The notes under the pieces were generated by a model that did no database searches, was not told where the DNA came from, and saw nothing but the letters and a program-made list of their open reading frames with translations. Below, one piece after another: positions 10,607-20,645 of a stretch of DNA of 64,000 nucleotides. The position numbers and the translations under genes were made by a program. Source of the stretch: Phycisphaerales bacterium (GTDB lineage: Bacteria; Planctomycetota; Phycisphaerae; WQYP01); the NCBI GenBank assembly GCA_027451365.1, contig DAIDJN010000063.1, positions 70,979-134,978 of the forward strand. The letters run 5' to 3'. Every line of letters starts with the position of its first letter. Positions within the stretch are counted from its first letter, which is position 1.

Positions 10607-11368
10607 TCAGGATGGCTGAACCGCATTGGCGTTAAGCATTTCAGTCAGGAATAAAATACGGCCGCAAGAATTGCACTTACGGATTTCATCACGGCCGCGC
10701 AATAAATTTACATCTTCCACATTAAGGCTCATATAACAGCCGCCGCAGGAAACATTTTCCAGATCGTCGCCGTCAAATTCGGCTGCGGCCATCACATTTC
10801 CGGGGTACTTAAGCAGAATTCGTTCATATTGGCGACGGGCATCGGGCGGAACATTGGCCAGAGCCAGTCCGCGACTGGCCTCCAACTGGCGGATAATTTC
10901 CTTGACATGGCCAACTTGTTCGCTGTTTTTGCGCTGGGTTTCAGCCAGAGAGGATTGCGCTTTCTCCAATTGAATTTTTATGTCAGCCGCGGATTTGCCG
11001 TTGGATTCAAGCTGCTGCATCAGGTCCAGAGCGAGCTTTTCAATTTTGCCGACTTCCGCTTTTTCGGCGGAAATCTGCACCAGAATAGCGGAGTATTCCT
11101 TGTTGTTTTTGGTAACATTCAGGCTTTGCCGCATCTTTTCAATGTGTTCCTGGCGGGAGGCGATATCCAATTCATGGCCAGAAATACCGGTCTGCAGCTT
11201 GCGTCCGGCAGATTCAAGTTCCGCCAGATGTTCGCTTAAGCGTACAATATTGGTTTCTACGGCCACCTGATCTTTAAGCAGTGCGGCCAGTCGCCCCTGG
11301 AATTCATGAATATCGTGGTCTATTTTATGCAGCGCCAGCAGCGCGGGAACAATGGTCAGAACCGGCAT
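10607..11368 (-). CDS. coiled-coil protein with C4-type zinc ribbon (CT398/DUF164-like)
   Basis: Long coiled coil, CGGC...CNSCGRIL, adjacent to RNase HI as commonly seen. Confidence 0.88.
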   Translation of the reverse strand: MPVLTIVPALLALHKIDHDIHEFQGRLAALLKDQVAVETNIVRLSEHLAELESAGRKLQTGISGHELDIASRQEHIEKMRQSLNVTKNNKEYSAILVQISAEKAEVGKIEKLALDLMQQLESNGKSAADIKIQLEKAQSSLAETQRKNSEQVGHVKEIIRQLEASRGLALANVPPDARRQYERILLKYPGNVMAAAEFDGDDLENVSCGGCYMSLNVEDVNLLRGRDEIRKCNSCGRILFLTEMLNANAVQPS

Positions 11369-11553
11369 CAGGTCACCTCAAAAACTCCAAGTAAAGAAGT
11401 GTACCATCGAAGCGGGTTTTACGCCAACCCAACCGCGGGCCGCCCAATTCGCAATTCGCATATCGCGAAACGTCGCTATCGGTCATGTATTGGAAATCGC
11501 CGGACGGCATTTCGGCGCAGGCGTGACAAAGCACAGAAGTCATGACGGGCGGG

Positions 11554-12537
11554 TTATCGGTAGCCGCTTGGGTTGGCTTTGAACCACTTCCATGCGGATT
11601 CCACAATTGTGTCCAGACTGGTGATCGCGGCTTTCCACTTCATATCGCTGGCCATTTTTTCCGGTGAGGCAAACAGGGCGGGCGGATCCCCCGGACGCCG
11701 CGCGGTTTCGCGTGTGGCAATCGGTTTGCCGGTGACGCGCCGGCAGGATTCAATAATTTCACGCACGCTGTATCCGCGGCCCACACCCAGGTTGTAAAAC
11801 AGTCCTTTGGCCGGCTTAAGATTTTCCAGCAGCACCAGATGGGCCTCCACCAGGTCCCAGACGTGAATATAATCACGAATGCAGGTTCCGTCGGGCGTGG
11901 GGTAATCATTTCCATAAATATCAACATGTGTCCGCTGACCCAGGGCTGTCTGCAGCACAATGGGAATAATGTGGGATTCGGGCCGGTGATCCTCACCGAT
12001 AGATCCATCCAGTGCCGCCCCGGCCACATTGAAATACCGCGGCGCGGCGAAAGCCAGGTTTTCCGCCCGGGCGCAGTCCAGAAGAATATGTTCCACCATC
12101 AGTTTGGACCTGCCGTACGGGCTGATGGGATTCTGCGGAATATCTTCAGTAATCGGCACCGTGCGCGGTTCGCCATAGGTGGCGCAGGTGCTGGAAAAAA
12201 CCAGCTTGCGCACGCCGGCAATCGTCATCGCGTCAAGCATGCTGATGGTGCCGGCCACGTTGTTTCGGTAATATTTTCGCGGGTCGCTGACGCTTTCCCC
12301 CACATAGGCATTGGCCGCAAAGTGCATGACCGCTTCGGTTCCGTGGGATTTGAACAAGGCGGCCAGCCCGGCGGTGTTGGCACAATCCAGCACTTCCAGG
12401 CGGGCCTTGGAATCCACGGCGGCCCGATGTCCGTTGGTCAGGTTGTCCACCGCAATAACTTCATGTCCGCGCTCAACAAGCAGCTTCACCGCATGAGACC
12501 CGATGTAACCCGCACCGCCAATAACCGCTATTCGCAT
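11554..12537 (-). CDS. galE: UDP-glucose 4-epimerase
   Basis: GGAGYIGSH, FSSTCATYG, YGRSK, DGTCIRDYIHV. Confidence 0.95.
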   Translation of the reverse strand: MRIAVIGGAGYIGSHAVKLLVERGHEVIAVDNLTNGHRAAVDSKARLEVLDCANTAGLAALFKSHGTEAVMHFAANAYVGESVSDPRKYYRNNVAGTISMLDAMTIAGVRKLVFSSTCATYGEPRTVPITEDIPQNPISPYGRSKLMVEHILLDCARAENLAFAAPRYFNVAGAALDGSIGEDHRPESHIIPIVLQTALGQRTHVDIYGNDYPTPDGTCIRDYIHVWDLVEAHLVLLENLKPAKGLFYNLGVGRGYSVREIIESCRRVTGKPIATRETARRPGDPPALFASPEKMASDMKWKAAITSLDTIVESAWKWFKANPSGYR

Positions 12538-12705
12538 GAAAAACTATCTCCAAACAATACCATGACTAAAGTACTTGGCGTAGCCGCGGTTGTAAATAGC
12601 ATCGCTTCAATGGACTGTTCTCCGGATTTTGCCGGATTGCCCGATAACAGGCCGCCAATGGTCTTGGGAATATTCACGGAGGGCCGGTTGCCGGACGTGA
12701 AGAAA

Positions 12706-14148
12706 TTAAGGCTTTTGGCGATGAAAATGTGAAACCGGATCGTGGTGGCCATGCGGGCGCATGGGCATGTGGCTAAGGTCTATCGACAGTGTAAGCGGCC
12801 GGTTGTGGCGAATGGCACTGACCGAAACGCTGCTCGGATCAAGATGAATCCGCCGCATGATGGCGGGCAGTTGCAAAATGGAAATATTGTTCAGGGCTGT
12901 AATCAGGTCGCCGCGCCGAATGCCGGCTTCCATCGCCGGAGAGTGGGGAAATACTTTAAGCACCAGTATGGCCGGTCTGCTGCCCAGAATCGGATTTTCC
13001 TTGCGGACCGGGGAATTGGCCGCCAACAGCATGTATTTAATTCCAAATTGCCTGGGGCGGATAACGCCAGTTTCAATAAATTCCCGGAATACCGGATTGC
13101 GCCGCGTGACATGGAATATATTCATGCCCGATCCGACGCCGGTAAGCTGCCCTTGCCTGGACAGAAGCAGTGTGGATTGGAAAGGCTTGTCAGGCATGCC
13201 ATGCCGCTGATTCCGCGAATGTCTGCCGCGCAGCGCAATTTTCCATTTCAGTGTCAGCGTATTGGGATTCAGCGACAACTGCATCCTTTTGTCATCACGG
13301 TCGGCCCGAGCCAGGGGAATCGCCGGCCACTGTGCGGCCTGCCGCAGTGCCACAACGCTTAAATCAAGCCGTGGACTTATCCCCAGAATCCGCCCTGTCA
13401 GCCGCTGGCCGCGATAATTAATAACCGTAATTTTGCCCGTCGTTCCCGCAGTGCCCAGGAGTCCAAGGACCAGAATATTATGTTTAGCACCAACCACCAC
13501 GCCGGGCAGACTGTTGCCCTGCCCTTCGTGCAGAAGCATCAGCCGCTGATTTATCAAACGCAAATAGGGCCAGGGCGGCTTCTGACCCGGTTTGTGCATT
13601 TCAAACAGAAAGTGCCGCATCAGAAATAACTGCGCCATTGGTCTGCGGGTCAGATTATTGAGCCGGTTCCGCTGTTCGAAACTTAACGGTGGCTGACTAT
13701 GGCCGGAATTTGCTTCCGGAACAATGGCCACGGTGGCCGATTGGCGACCTGGTCTGCCGTCGGCGTGAAAGTGGTGGTTTAATACCCACGTCCGTTCCCA
13801 TGCCAGAAAGCGGCGCTGCATTTCCGGGGGAAGAATATGGACCGGATTTTTATCCATTTCAACCCGCACCAGAGATTTCCGAAGCCGCGAATAGAGCGCA
13901 CGCGTTTCCCAGTTCAGTTGTGTAAGAAGTTGCGGATCAATGGGGGCTGATGCGTCGTATTTATAAGCGGGTTCCGGCGGCAGCGCGGAAGCCTGCAACC
14001 GGGCCGCGGCCATGCCGAAAAACCCTGCCGGAAAAAAAATTGGCGCAGCGGCACCAAGCCATACCGCCGCGCGGCGGATCGACAATATGCGGTTCCGCCC
14101 GATTCGGATACACCCGCTGACTGCCGGGACTTGGAAAAATGGATTCAT
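12706..14148 (-). CDS. exported PDZ-domain protein with degenerate trypsin-like region
   Basis: Signal-like N-terminus; C-terminal PDZ (KVFPHSPAMEAGIRRGDLITALN); DLSVVAL strand present but no GNSGG motif. Confidence 0.7.
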   Translation of the reverse strand: MNPFFQVPAVSGCIRIGRNRILSIRRAAVWLGAAAPIFFPAGFFGMAAARLQASALPPEPAYKYDASAPIDPQLLTQLNWETRALYSRLRKSLVRVEMDKNPVHILPPEMQRRFLAWERTWVLNHHFHADGRPGRQSATVAIVPEANSGHSQPPLSFEQRNRLNNLTRRPMAQLFLMRHFLFEMHKPGQKPPWPYLRLINQRLMLLHEGQGNSLPGVVVGAKHNILVLGLLGTAGTTGKITVINYRGQRLTGRILGISPRLDLSVVALRQAAQWPAIPLARADRDDKRMQLSLNPNTLTLKWKIALRGRHSRNQRHGMPDKPFQSTLLLSRQGQLTGVGSGMNIFHVTRRNPVFREFIETGVIRPRQFGIKYMLLAANSPVRKENPILGSRPAILVLKVFPHSPAMEAGIRRGDLITALNNISILQLPAIMRRIHLDPSSVSVSAIRHNRPLTLSIDLSHMPMRPHGHHDPVSHFHRQKP

Positions 14149-14218
14149 ACGACTCCGATTTTATCCGGTCGCGGCTGTGTCGATTACAGGGTCAGGCGGC
14201 CGGATAATCCAAATTCAA

Positions 14219-14770
14219 TCAAAAAACGCCCTGTGTCGCCATGGCCATGGTTTCCCTGGCATTTCCTCCATTCGTTGACCGCGCTTGCTTTGATAGTTGA
14301 TAGCTGCGGTAAAACCGCTGGGCTTGCTCATAGCTGCTGAAGGTTTGGGAAACCGTTTCACCGCCCGGTGTCTGAATTTCAACTGCATAGCGCACGGCGG
14401 GACTGGCGGCCGAGCCGCGCCCGGCCAGGAAGCAACCAACGCCGATCACCAGGCAGGCGGCCACAATCGAGGCCCGTTTAAGCCAGCGAAGAATGGAAAG
14501 GTCGCTGCTGGGTTCAATATGTCCGGCGGGGGCGAATTCCATTTCATAGCAATGTTCCAATACCCGCCTCGCCAAAACGGCTGCTTCCGTCGGCGTTGGC
14601 GCGTAGCCAGCCATCGCGGCCCGGGACAGGCGCTGCTGGTGGACAAGCCGATCGAGTGCGGCTCGCCCTTGGTCGTCTTGTGCCAGCATCGCCTCTACAT
14701 CCGCTTTCTGTGCGGACGAAAGTTCGCCATCCAGATAAGCTTCAAGAAGTTCGTTCGTTAACTTTTTCAT
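14219..14770 (-). CDS. membrane-anchored anti-sigma factor
   Basis: ELLEAYLDGELS motif, one TM helix, directly downstream of an ECF sigma; GAGGTG RBS. Confidence 0.85.
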   Translation of the reverse strand: MKKLTNELLEAYLDGELSSAQKADVEAMLAQDDQGRAALDRLVHQQRLSRAAMAGYAPTPTEAAVLARRVLEHCYEMEFAPAGHIEPSSDLSILRWLKRASIVAACLVIGVGCFLAGRGSAASPAVRYAVEIQTPGGETVSQTFSSYEQAQRFYRSYQLSKQARSTNGGNARETMAMATQGVF

Positions 14771-14837
14771 ATGTCACCTCATGTCCTTTTAACTCTCATT
14801 GCATCTCTGGCAAAGCGGGGCTGCCAGGCTCCGGTGT

Positions 14838-15386
14838 TCAACCGTTTTCAGCTGAATCCGTGACGCGATCCCGCAGACCATCGGCCAGTCGCACCCTGGC
14901 CCGATGCAGCCACGTTTTTACCTGGGCCTCGGTCGCTTCCAGTGCCTCGGCGATTTCGCGATAGCCCATCTGCTGTTGTTCGCGCAACGTCAGAGCTTCT
15001 CGCCAGGCGTCCGGAAGCGTTTCAATTAACCTCCGGAGTTTTTGAGTTGTCTCGGCCGTGCTGTAGGCTTCCGAAGGGTCGTTGTCCGATCCAAGGCTAT
15101 CGTAAATGGCCGGGTCGGCATCCAGCGATTGTCCAACCCTTCGGCGCCGACAACTAATCACAGTCCTGGCGACCGCCTTGGCCATCAGCGACCAGCCACC
15201 ATTTGACCAGTCATAACTGTCGCGAAGGCGAAAAAGTTTGAGCAGCGAATCCTGCACAAGATCTTCCGCCTGCTTCGCATCGCGCGATTGTGCACCCATC
15301 ATGGACCTGGCCAAGGCCACCAAACGACCCATGTTGGCATTCACAGCCTCTTCAAACGCCTGATTAACGGAATTTGGTTCTGGCAT
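14838..15386 (-). CDS. ECF-family RNA polymerase sigma factor
   Basis: AEDLVQD (region 2), GYREIAEALEATEAQVKTWLHRAR (region 4.2); GGAAGG before ATG 15386. Confidence 0.92.
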   Translation of the reverse strand: MPEPNSVNQAFEEAVNANMGRLVALARSMMGAQSRDAKQAEDLVQDSLLKLFRLRDSYDWSNGGWSLMAKAVARTVISCRRRRVGQSLDADPAIYDSLGSDNDPSEAYSTAETTQKLRRLIETLPDAWREALTLREQQQMGYREIAEALEATEAQVKTWLHRARVRLADGLRDRVTDSAENG

Positions 15387-15412
15387 TTGACCTTCCGGCT
15401 TCAATTATGAAC

Positions 15413-15437
15413 ACGCTTAAAAAAGCGGTTTGTTACA
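15413..15437 (-). promoter_or_regulatory. putative autoregulatory ECF promoter
   Basis: TGTAAC-N16-CGT on the minus strand just upstream of the sigma gene. Confidence 0.65.
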
Positions 15438-16015
15438 GATTCGGCCACACTTTTTCCATGTCTGATAACCGCTTTTGGCAATCTTTTGATTCCGGTTGCA
15501 TACCGGGCGTTATGTTCTTGCATGTCCGCAGGCATCCATCGGCGGACACCCGTCCCCGCTGCAAGCAATTTTTCCTGCAACATAATGGCCGCACGATCTA
15601 CGCCAGCCGGGACACCGCTTCGGTCGGGATTCTGTTCGGTTTTCCGTCACCAGTCGCACCTGCCCAATTTTTCAGGGCCGATCGGCGAATCGCCGAAGAT
15701 TATAAGTTTATATCTTAAAAATTTCGACCTGTCCGCCTCAGTGGTTTTTTTCACGCAAATACGGGCTATCGGGCGGCATAATTTGTAAAAGCGATAAATT
15801 TATTGTTATCGTACCATTGTGCCGAAAGGCTTATAGGCGGAAAAGGTTTGCATTGCCCGTTTAACGGAATGTATACTCTGATTCGGGTCGGCAGAGTTTA
15901 GTTGCCACGTTGCATTCCAGCAATGCATTCCGAAATGTATTCGGCCGCTCGCAAGAGAGATTTGCGCAAAACGTAAGACTGGTTGTATTCAGTCAAAGCG
16001 AGTATCAGGCTAATT

Positions 16016-17437
16016 ATGATCGCATCCGCAGTGACATCCAGCCCCACATTCACTTCAACGCTGATGCCGTACATGCAGATATTCTATGTTTCCTTTCTGG
16101 CCACACTGGCCCTTACGCCACTGATGCGCAAGCTGGCGCTCAAGCATGGGGTAGTGGACGAGCCGGACGGGCAGCGTAAAATTCACACCAAACGCGTCGC
16201 TTATCTGGGCGGAGTGGCGATATTCATTGGCTGGCTGCTGGGGGTTCTGGCCTCAATTACCGTGACCCCCTTCCATGCGGGCGGTAATGGATTTGCCGAG
16301 GTCCAGGTGCCTCCGGGCATTCTGCTGGGTGCCGGTATTGTGATGATTTGCGGGCTTATTGACGACGTCTACAGTCTTTCGCCGCGCATCAAACTTTTTG
16401 GTCAGTTGCTGGCGGCGGCGTGCCTCTATTTTTTAAATTTGACCCGCACTGACAACATCGGTGCCCGCGTGGATCTGGCCAACATGTTTGTGTATCCGCT
16501 GGAACGCCACCATCTGATTGGTCTGGTTCAATTGACCGCACCCCATGTATATCTGACGCTGGCCAGCATGTTCAGCGCGATATTCTGTGTGTTTATTGTC
16601 ATGGCCACGAGCAACGCGATGAACCTGCTTGACGGCATGGATGGCCTGTGCGGCGGTGTGGCGGGAATTATGGCCATTGGTTATCTGGTTTTGTCGGTTT
16701 ACCTGTCTGCGGCAAATCTGACGCAACCCGGTGTTTCGTCACTTAATCCGGCCCGCATCGCGCTGAGTCTGGCGCTTCTTGGGGCGGTCCTGGGCTTCCT
16801 TCCGTATAACTTTAATCCCGCGACGATTTTTATGGGTGATACAGGCAGCATGTTCCTGGGCTTTATCTGCGGCGCTATGATCGTTCTTTTCGGAAACGAT
16901 GGAATTTTCCGCTGGTTTCTGGCTTCGGTGGTAATCTTCGGGCTTCCGCTGCTTGATACACTGCTTGCCGTTGTGCGCCGAAAAATCAATCGAAAGCCGA
17001 TCTTTTCACCGGATTCCGGTCACTTCCATCATTTTCTGCTGAAGCGCGGATTGTCGGTGCCGCGTGCGGCACTTGTAAGCTATATCCTGGCGGCCATGTT
17101 TGTAAGCTTCGCACTGGTGATTGTCATTATTCCCACCACCCTGGCCCTGGGTATGTACCTGGTCCTTTTCGGCTGGCTGGTGGTGGCAGCGTTCAAAATG
17201 GGCATGATTAACCAGCAGGGAAGCGTGCCACTTCAGGCGGCATCCACGGCATTTGTCATTTCCAGCCAACCGGGTGACAAAATTATTCCGTTTCCTGATA
17301 CATCAGCCGGCCAGTTGGAAAATCCCGTACCCATTCCGCCGCACGTGATCGCGGCAGACCCATTAACCAAGGCCTCCGAGTCCGCTTCGCGGGATGGCCC
17401 CCAACACCCTCTGGCACCGCGCGTGGCCGGTTCCTGA
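16016..17437 (+). CDS. WecA/TagO-like undecaprenyl-phosphate GlcNAc-1-phosphate transferase (MraY family)
   Basis: RKIH..RVAYLGG, GLIDD, NAMNLLDGMDGL, NFNPATIFMGDTGS, HFHHFL. Confidence 0.9.
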   Translation: MIASAVTSSPTFTSTLMPYMQIFYVSFLATLALTPLMRKLALKHGVVDEPDGQRKIHTKRVAYLGGVAIFIGWLLGVLASITVTPFHAGGNGFAEVQVPPGILLGAGIVMICGLIDDVYSLSPRIKLFGQLLAAACLYFLNLTRTDNIGARVDLANMFVYPLERHHLIGLVQLTAPHVYLTLASMFSAIFCVFIVMATSNAMNLLDGMDGLCGGVAGIMAIGYLVLSVYLSAANLTQPGVSSLNPARIALSLALLGAVLGFLPYNFNPATIFMGDTGSMFLGFICGAMIVLFGNDGIFRWFLASVVIFGLPLLDTLLAVVRRKINRKPIFSPDSGHFHHFLLKRGLSVPRAALVSYILAAMFVSFALVIVIIPTTLALGMYLVLFGWLVVAAFKMGMINQQGSVPLQAASTAFVISSQPGDKIIPFPDTSAGQLENPVPIPPHVIAADPLTKASESASRDGPQHPLAPRVAGS

Positions 17438-17528
17438 CATCAGGCGGGCGTCCGGAGAATCGTTCAATCCGCCATACTTCGCGGCTGAATATTCAGTTGA
17501 ACACAAAGTGCATTCCGCAGGCCGCGGT

Positions 17529-18887
17529 TTATTTTCCGATACAAAACTGCCCGAAAATTCTTCCAAGAATGTCATCACTGCCAATCGTGCCGGAAATTGT
17601 TCCCATTTCGTTTAATGCAGCGCGCAAGTCGCCGGCAGTCAGATCCACGTCTGTTTCCCATTGGTCCCGCCGCACCAGATTTGCAGCTCGCCCCAAATGT
17701 TCGAGGGTACGGCCTAACGCGGTTCGATGGCGGTGGTTAAGCAAAATACTTTCGGCCGCCACCGGGGATTGCTGATAACATTTGCTTCCCACCAGTTTCA
17801 ACAAGTCGGCGGTTCCCTGACCGGTCAGGGCGGAAACTCGCAAAACCTGCGGCTGGTCCAGTTCTGACGGTGCGGGTGTGCAGCACAGGTCCGCTTTGTT
17901 TTGCACCAACAGCCATGGCACACCCGCCGGCGCGCGAACTTGGCCAAGCAACTGCTCCGCAGAAGTGCCGGTATTTTCCGGATCCAGAATCAGCACCAGC
18001 AGATCGGCTCGCTGAATGGCCTTGTGGCGGAATTCATCCATCTGGGGGTAAAGGTCGTGCCCCGAATTTTCCAGGCCGGGCGTATCGACGATGCGAACGG
18101 ATCCGAAGGGCGTCGCCACGGTTACAGAAATGGAATCTCGTGTGGTGCCCGCCTGGCTTGAAACGATGGCGCGGTTGCGACCACTTAAGCGATTGATAAG
18201 TGAGCTTTTGCCGACATTTGCCGGTCCGATCAGGAAGGCCGTCGGCAGTGTCTCCTGTGTTTCCCACTGCGCCGCATGATTCAACAGGTTTGTGATATTT
18301 GCTTCCAGTTCGGATATTCCCGCCTGAAGCTTTGGTCCGGAAATGAATGACACACCCGGTTCATCACTAAAATCAATGCCCGCCTCCACCATAGCCAGCA
18401 AATCTGCAAGTGCATCGGTCTGCCGCCGGGTCCATTCATGCAGCAGGCCGCAGCGCAAGCTTTGTGCGGCCAGCAGTTGCCGGTCGTTGGTGGCGGCAAT
18501 CGCGGCGGCTATTCCTTCCGCCTCGGTCAGATCGCATTTTCCATTCAGGTAGGCGCGAGCAGAAAACTCTCCTGGTCCGGCGCTGCGAGCGCCGGCGGAA
18601 ATGAATTGTGCCAGTACACGCTGCAGCAATGGCACCGCGCCGGGCAAATGCAGTTCCACCGCATCCTGACCTGTAAAACTGGCCGGTGCGCGGAAGAAAA
18701 TCGCCCCCGCCGCCACCTGCGGATTGCGTAACGTTACGTTTATCCATCGCCGGGCAGTCGGACTTTGTATAGGAACAAGAATGGATTCCGCTAAATCCCA
18801 TGAAAGCGGGCCGGAAAGGCGAATAATGCCCCGCCGCGCCGCCCCGGGCGGTGAACTGATGGCGGCAATGGTGTCGGTCGTCAACAT
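17529..18887 (-). CDS. mnmE: tRNA modification GTPase
   Basis: DTIAAISSP, GEFSARAYLNGK, GPANVGKSS, GTTRD, NKAD, C-terminal FCIGK. Confidence 0.95.
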   Translation of the reverse strand: MLTTDTIAAISSPPGAARRGIIRLSGPLSWDLAESILVPIQSPTARRWINVTLRNPQVAAGAIFFRAPASFTGQDAVELHLPGAVPLLQRVLAQFISAGARSAGPGEFSARAYLNGKCDLTEAEGIAAAIAATNDRQLLAAQSLRCGLLHEWTRRQTDALADLLAMVEAGIDFSDEPGVSFISGPKLQAGISELEANITNLLNHAAQWETQETLPTAFLIGPANVGKSSLINRLSGRNRAIVSSQAGTTRDSISVTVATPFGSVRIVDTPGLENSGHDLYPQMDEFRHKAIQRADLLVLILDPENTGTSAEQLLGQVRAPAGVPWLLVQNKADLCCTPAPSELDQPQVLRVSALTGQGTADLLKLVGSKCYQQSPVAAESILLNHRHRTALGRTLEHLGRAANLVRRDQWETDVDLTAGDLRAALNEMGTISGTIGSDDILGRIFGQFCIGK

Positions 18888-19380
18888 ACTTCCGTAAAGT
18901 CTACCCGAATAAGCCGCGGCGCGGTGTGGGCTCGCCGTGCTATAAACAGCCAATCCTCTGTTATATTAACAAGCAGGTCTGCTTCTTCTATAAAAACGAT
19001 GCGCATGCCACCAAATCATTTCCAGGATTTTACGTGTATGGCGAGTCGCTTCATGAATCAACACGATTTGTTGCCACGGCGGGATTGGGTTTGCCGCCTT
19101 TGTGTCGCAATCCGTGATGCGACGCGGCTTGGCGTATAGCGTATCGAGCATAAATAGCGCGGCATGCCAATTGTCTAATATAAACTGCGAGGGCGGCAAA
19201 AATGACTGCGAGTCTTCAGGCGGCATGTATTTACCATCCCCATGGAAGGCGGATTCGGCATACCCCAAATGCTTTTTCTGACGTGGTTCGCTTGGCGGTG
19301 TCGGGTTTGGCGGGATATTATCCTGATTGCCGGTCGGAATGGTCGGCCTTACAATGACAGGTCGGTTTTGTGGAGTGTGC

Positions 19381-19821
19381 ATGCAGCTTTCAAAGCGAAC
19401 GCAATATGGTCTGCGGGCATTGGTCTGTCTTTGCGAGTTTTATCCGAAGGGATATTTGCAAACCAGGGAACTTGCGGCGCGTGAAGGACTGCCGACCAAA
19501 TTTCTGGAATCCATATTGTCCGCGATGGCCCGCGCAAAATTTCTTTCTTCCAAAATCGGTGCCACCGGTGGCTATCGACTGGCAAAAAACCCGCGGGAAA
19601 TTATGATTGGCGAAGTCATTGCCCGGCTGGAAGGCAAAAAGCTTCTGCAGGAGGCGGACAGCCCGGCCGCTGAAGATCAGCGACCCGGCGAAATAGCCGT
19701 TGATATTCTTCAGTCACAGTTGTCCAACGCCATCGGCGGCGTGCTGGAATCCACCAGTCTTGCGGGGCTGGTGGATATGGTCGGGCAGCGAAGCCGCGGT
19801 GGACAGATGTACTATATATGA
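19381..19821 (+). CDS. Rrf2-family transcriptional regulator
   Basis: LSKRTQYGLRAL, KFLESIL, GATGGYRLA. Confidence 0.9.
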   Translation: MQLSKRTQYGLRALVCLCEFYPKGYLQTRELAAREGLPTKFLESILSAMARAKFLSSKIGATGGYRLAKNPREIMIGEVIARLEGKKLLQEADSPAAEDQRPGEIAVDILQSQLSNAIGGVLESTSLAGLVDMVGQRSRGGQMYYI

Positions 19822-20585
19822 ACAAACCGCCTGAAAAACCTTTCCGTCCAGTTGTTGGCGCCACCATGCCGCCGGTGCCGGTGGTTGCGCCCGCAAAAGA
19901 ATCGTTGGGGAAGCATTTTGGTTCGGTATTCATTGGCGGACTCGTCGCCCTGATTCCATTTTTTGTGACGCTTTACATCCTGAAACTTTTGTACGCGGCG
20001 GCGACATGGCTGTCGTTTCCCGTGGCCCAGTGGATGGTTACACATTTTCTACCCCAGTCCAAACATGGCGCATTGGCGGGAGAACTTATTTCCGCCATTC
20101 TTGCCGTGATTCTGTTTCTGGTCATTGTATATGCGATCGGATTTCTATCCACGCGTGTGATTGGCCGCAAACTGCTGGATATGCTGGACCATTTCATTGA
20201 AAATCTGCCATTGCTCAAGGGCATTTACGGCACCACCAAACAGGTGATATCCGTATTCCGGCAGGGTGGCGGCGGCGCCGGCTTTCAGCGCGTTGTGCTG
20301 CTGGAATTTCCGCGGAAAGGACTCTGGACGCTCGGTTTTGTAACCAATGAAATTACCGATTCATCATGCGGCAAAAAATATGTTTCCGTATTTATTCCCA
20401 TGACTCCCAATCCGACCAGCGGCTTCTTCCAGTTGGTGGCCTGCGATGAAGTCCGCGATACAGACTGGACCGTGGACCAGGGCATCAAAATAGTTCTCAG
20501 CGGCGGGCTGCTGGCCCCACGTGAAATGGATTTTGGCAAGCCGGCCTGTCCGGAGGCTTCGATCGCTCCGGCGCTTAACAATTAA
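19818..20585 (+). CDS. DUF502 membrane protein
   Basis: VVLLEFPRKG, VFIPMTPNPTSGF; ATGA overlap with the Rrf2 stop. Confidence 0.9.
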   Translation: MNKPPEKPFRPVVGATMPPVPVVAPAKESLGKHFGSVFIGGLVALIPFFVTLYILKLLYAAATWLSFPVAQWMVTHFLPQSKHGALAGELISAILAVILFLVIVYAIGFLSTRVIGRKLLDMLDHFIENLPLLKGIYGTTKQVISVFRQGGGGAGFQRVVLLEFPRKGLWTLGFVTNEITDSSCGKKYVSVFIPMTPNPTSGFFQLVACDEVRDTDWTVDQGIKIVLSGGLLAPREMDFGKPACPEASIAPALNN

Positions 20586-20645
20586 TAAAAGCCGCCTGGC
20601 CGCAAGCCGCCATACTCCGCAAAATGATCCCTTGCCGAATGGCGG

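Noticed and set aside
18966..19382. 138-aa minus-strand ORF between mnmE and rrf2
   Set aside because: Overlaps the rrf2 start and promoter region; no recognisable features.
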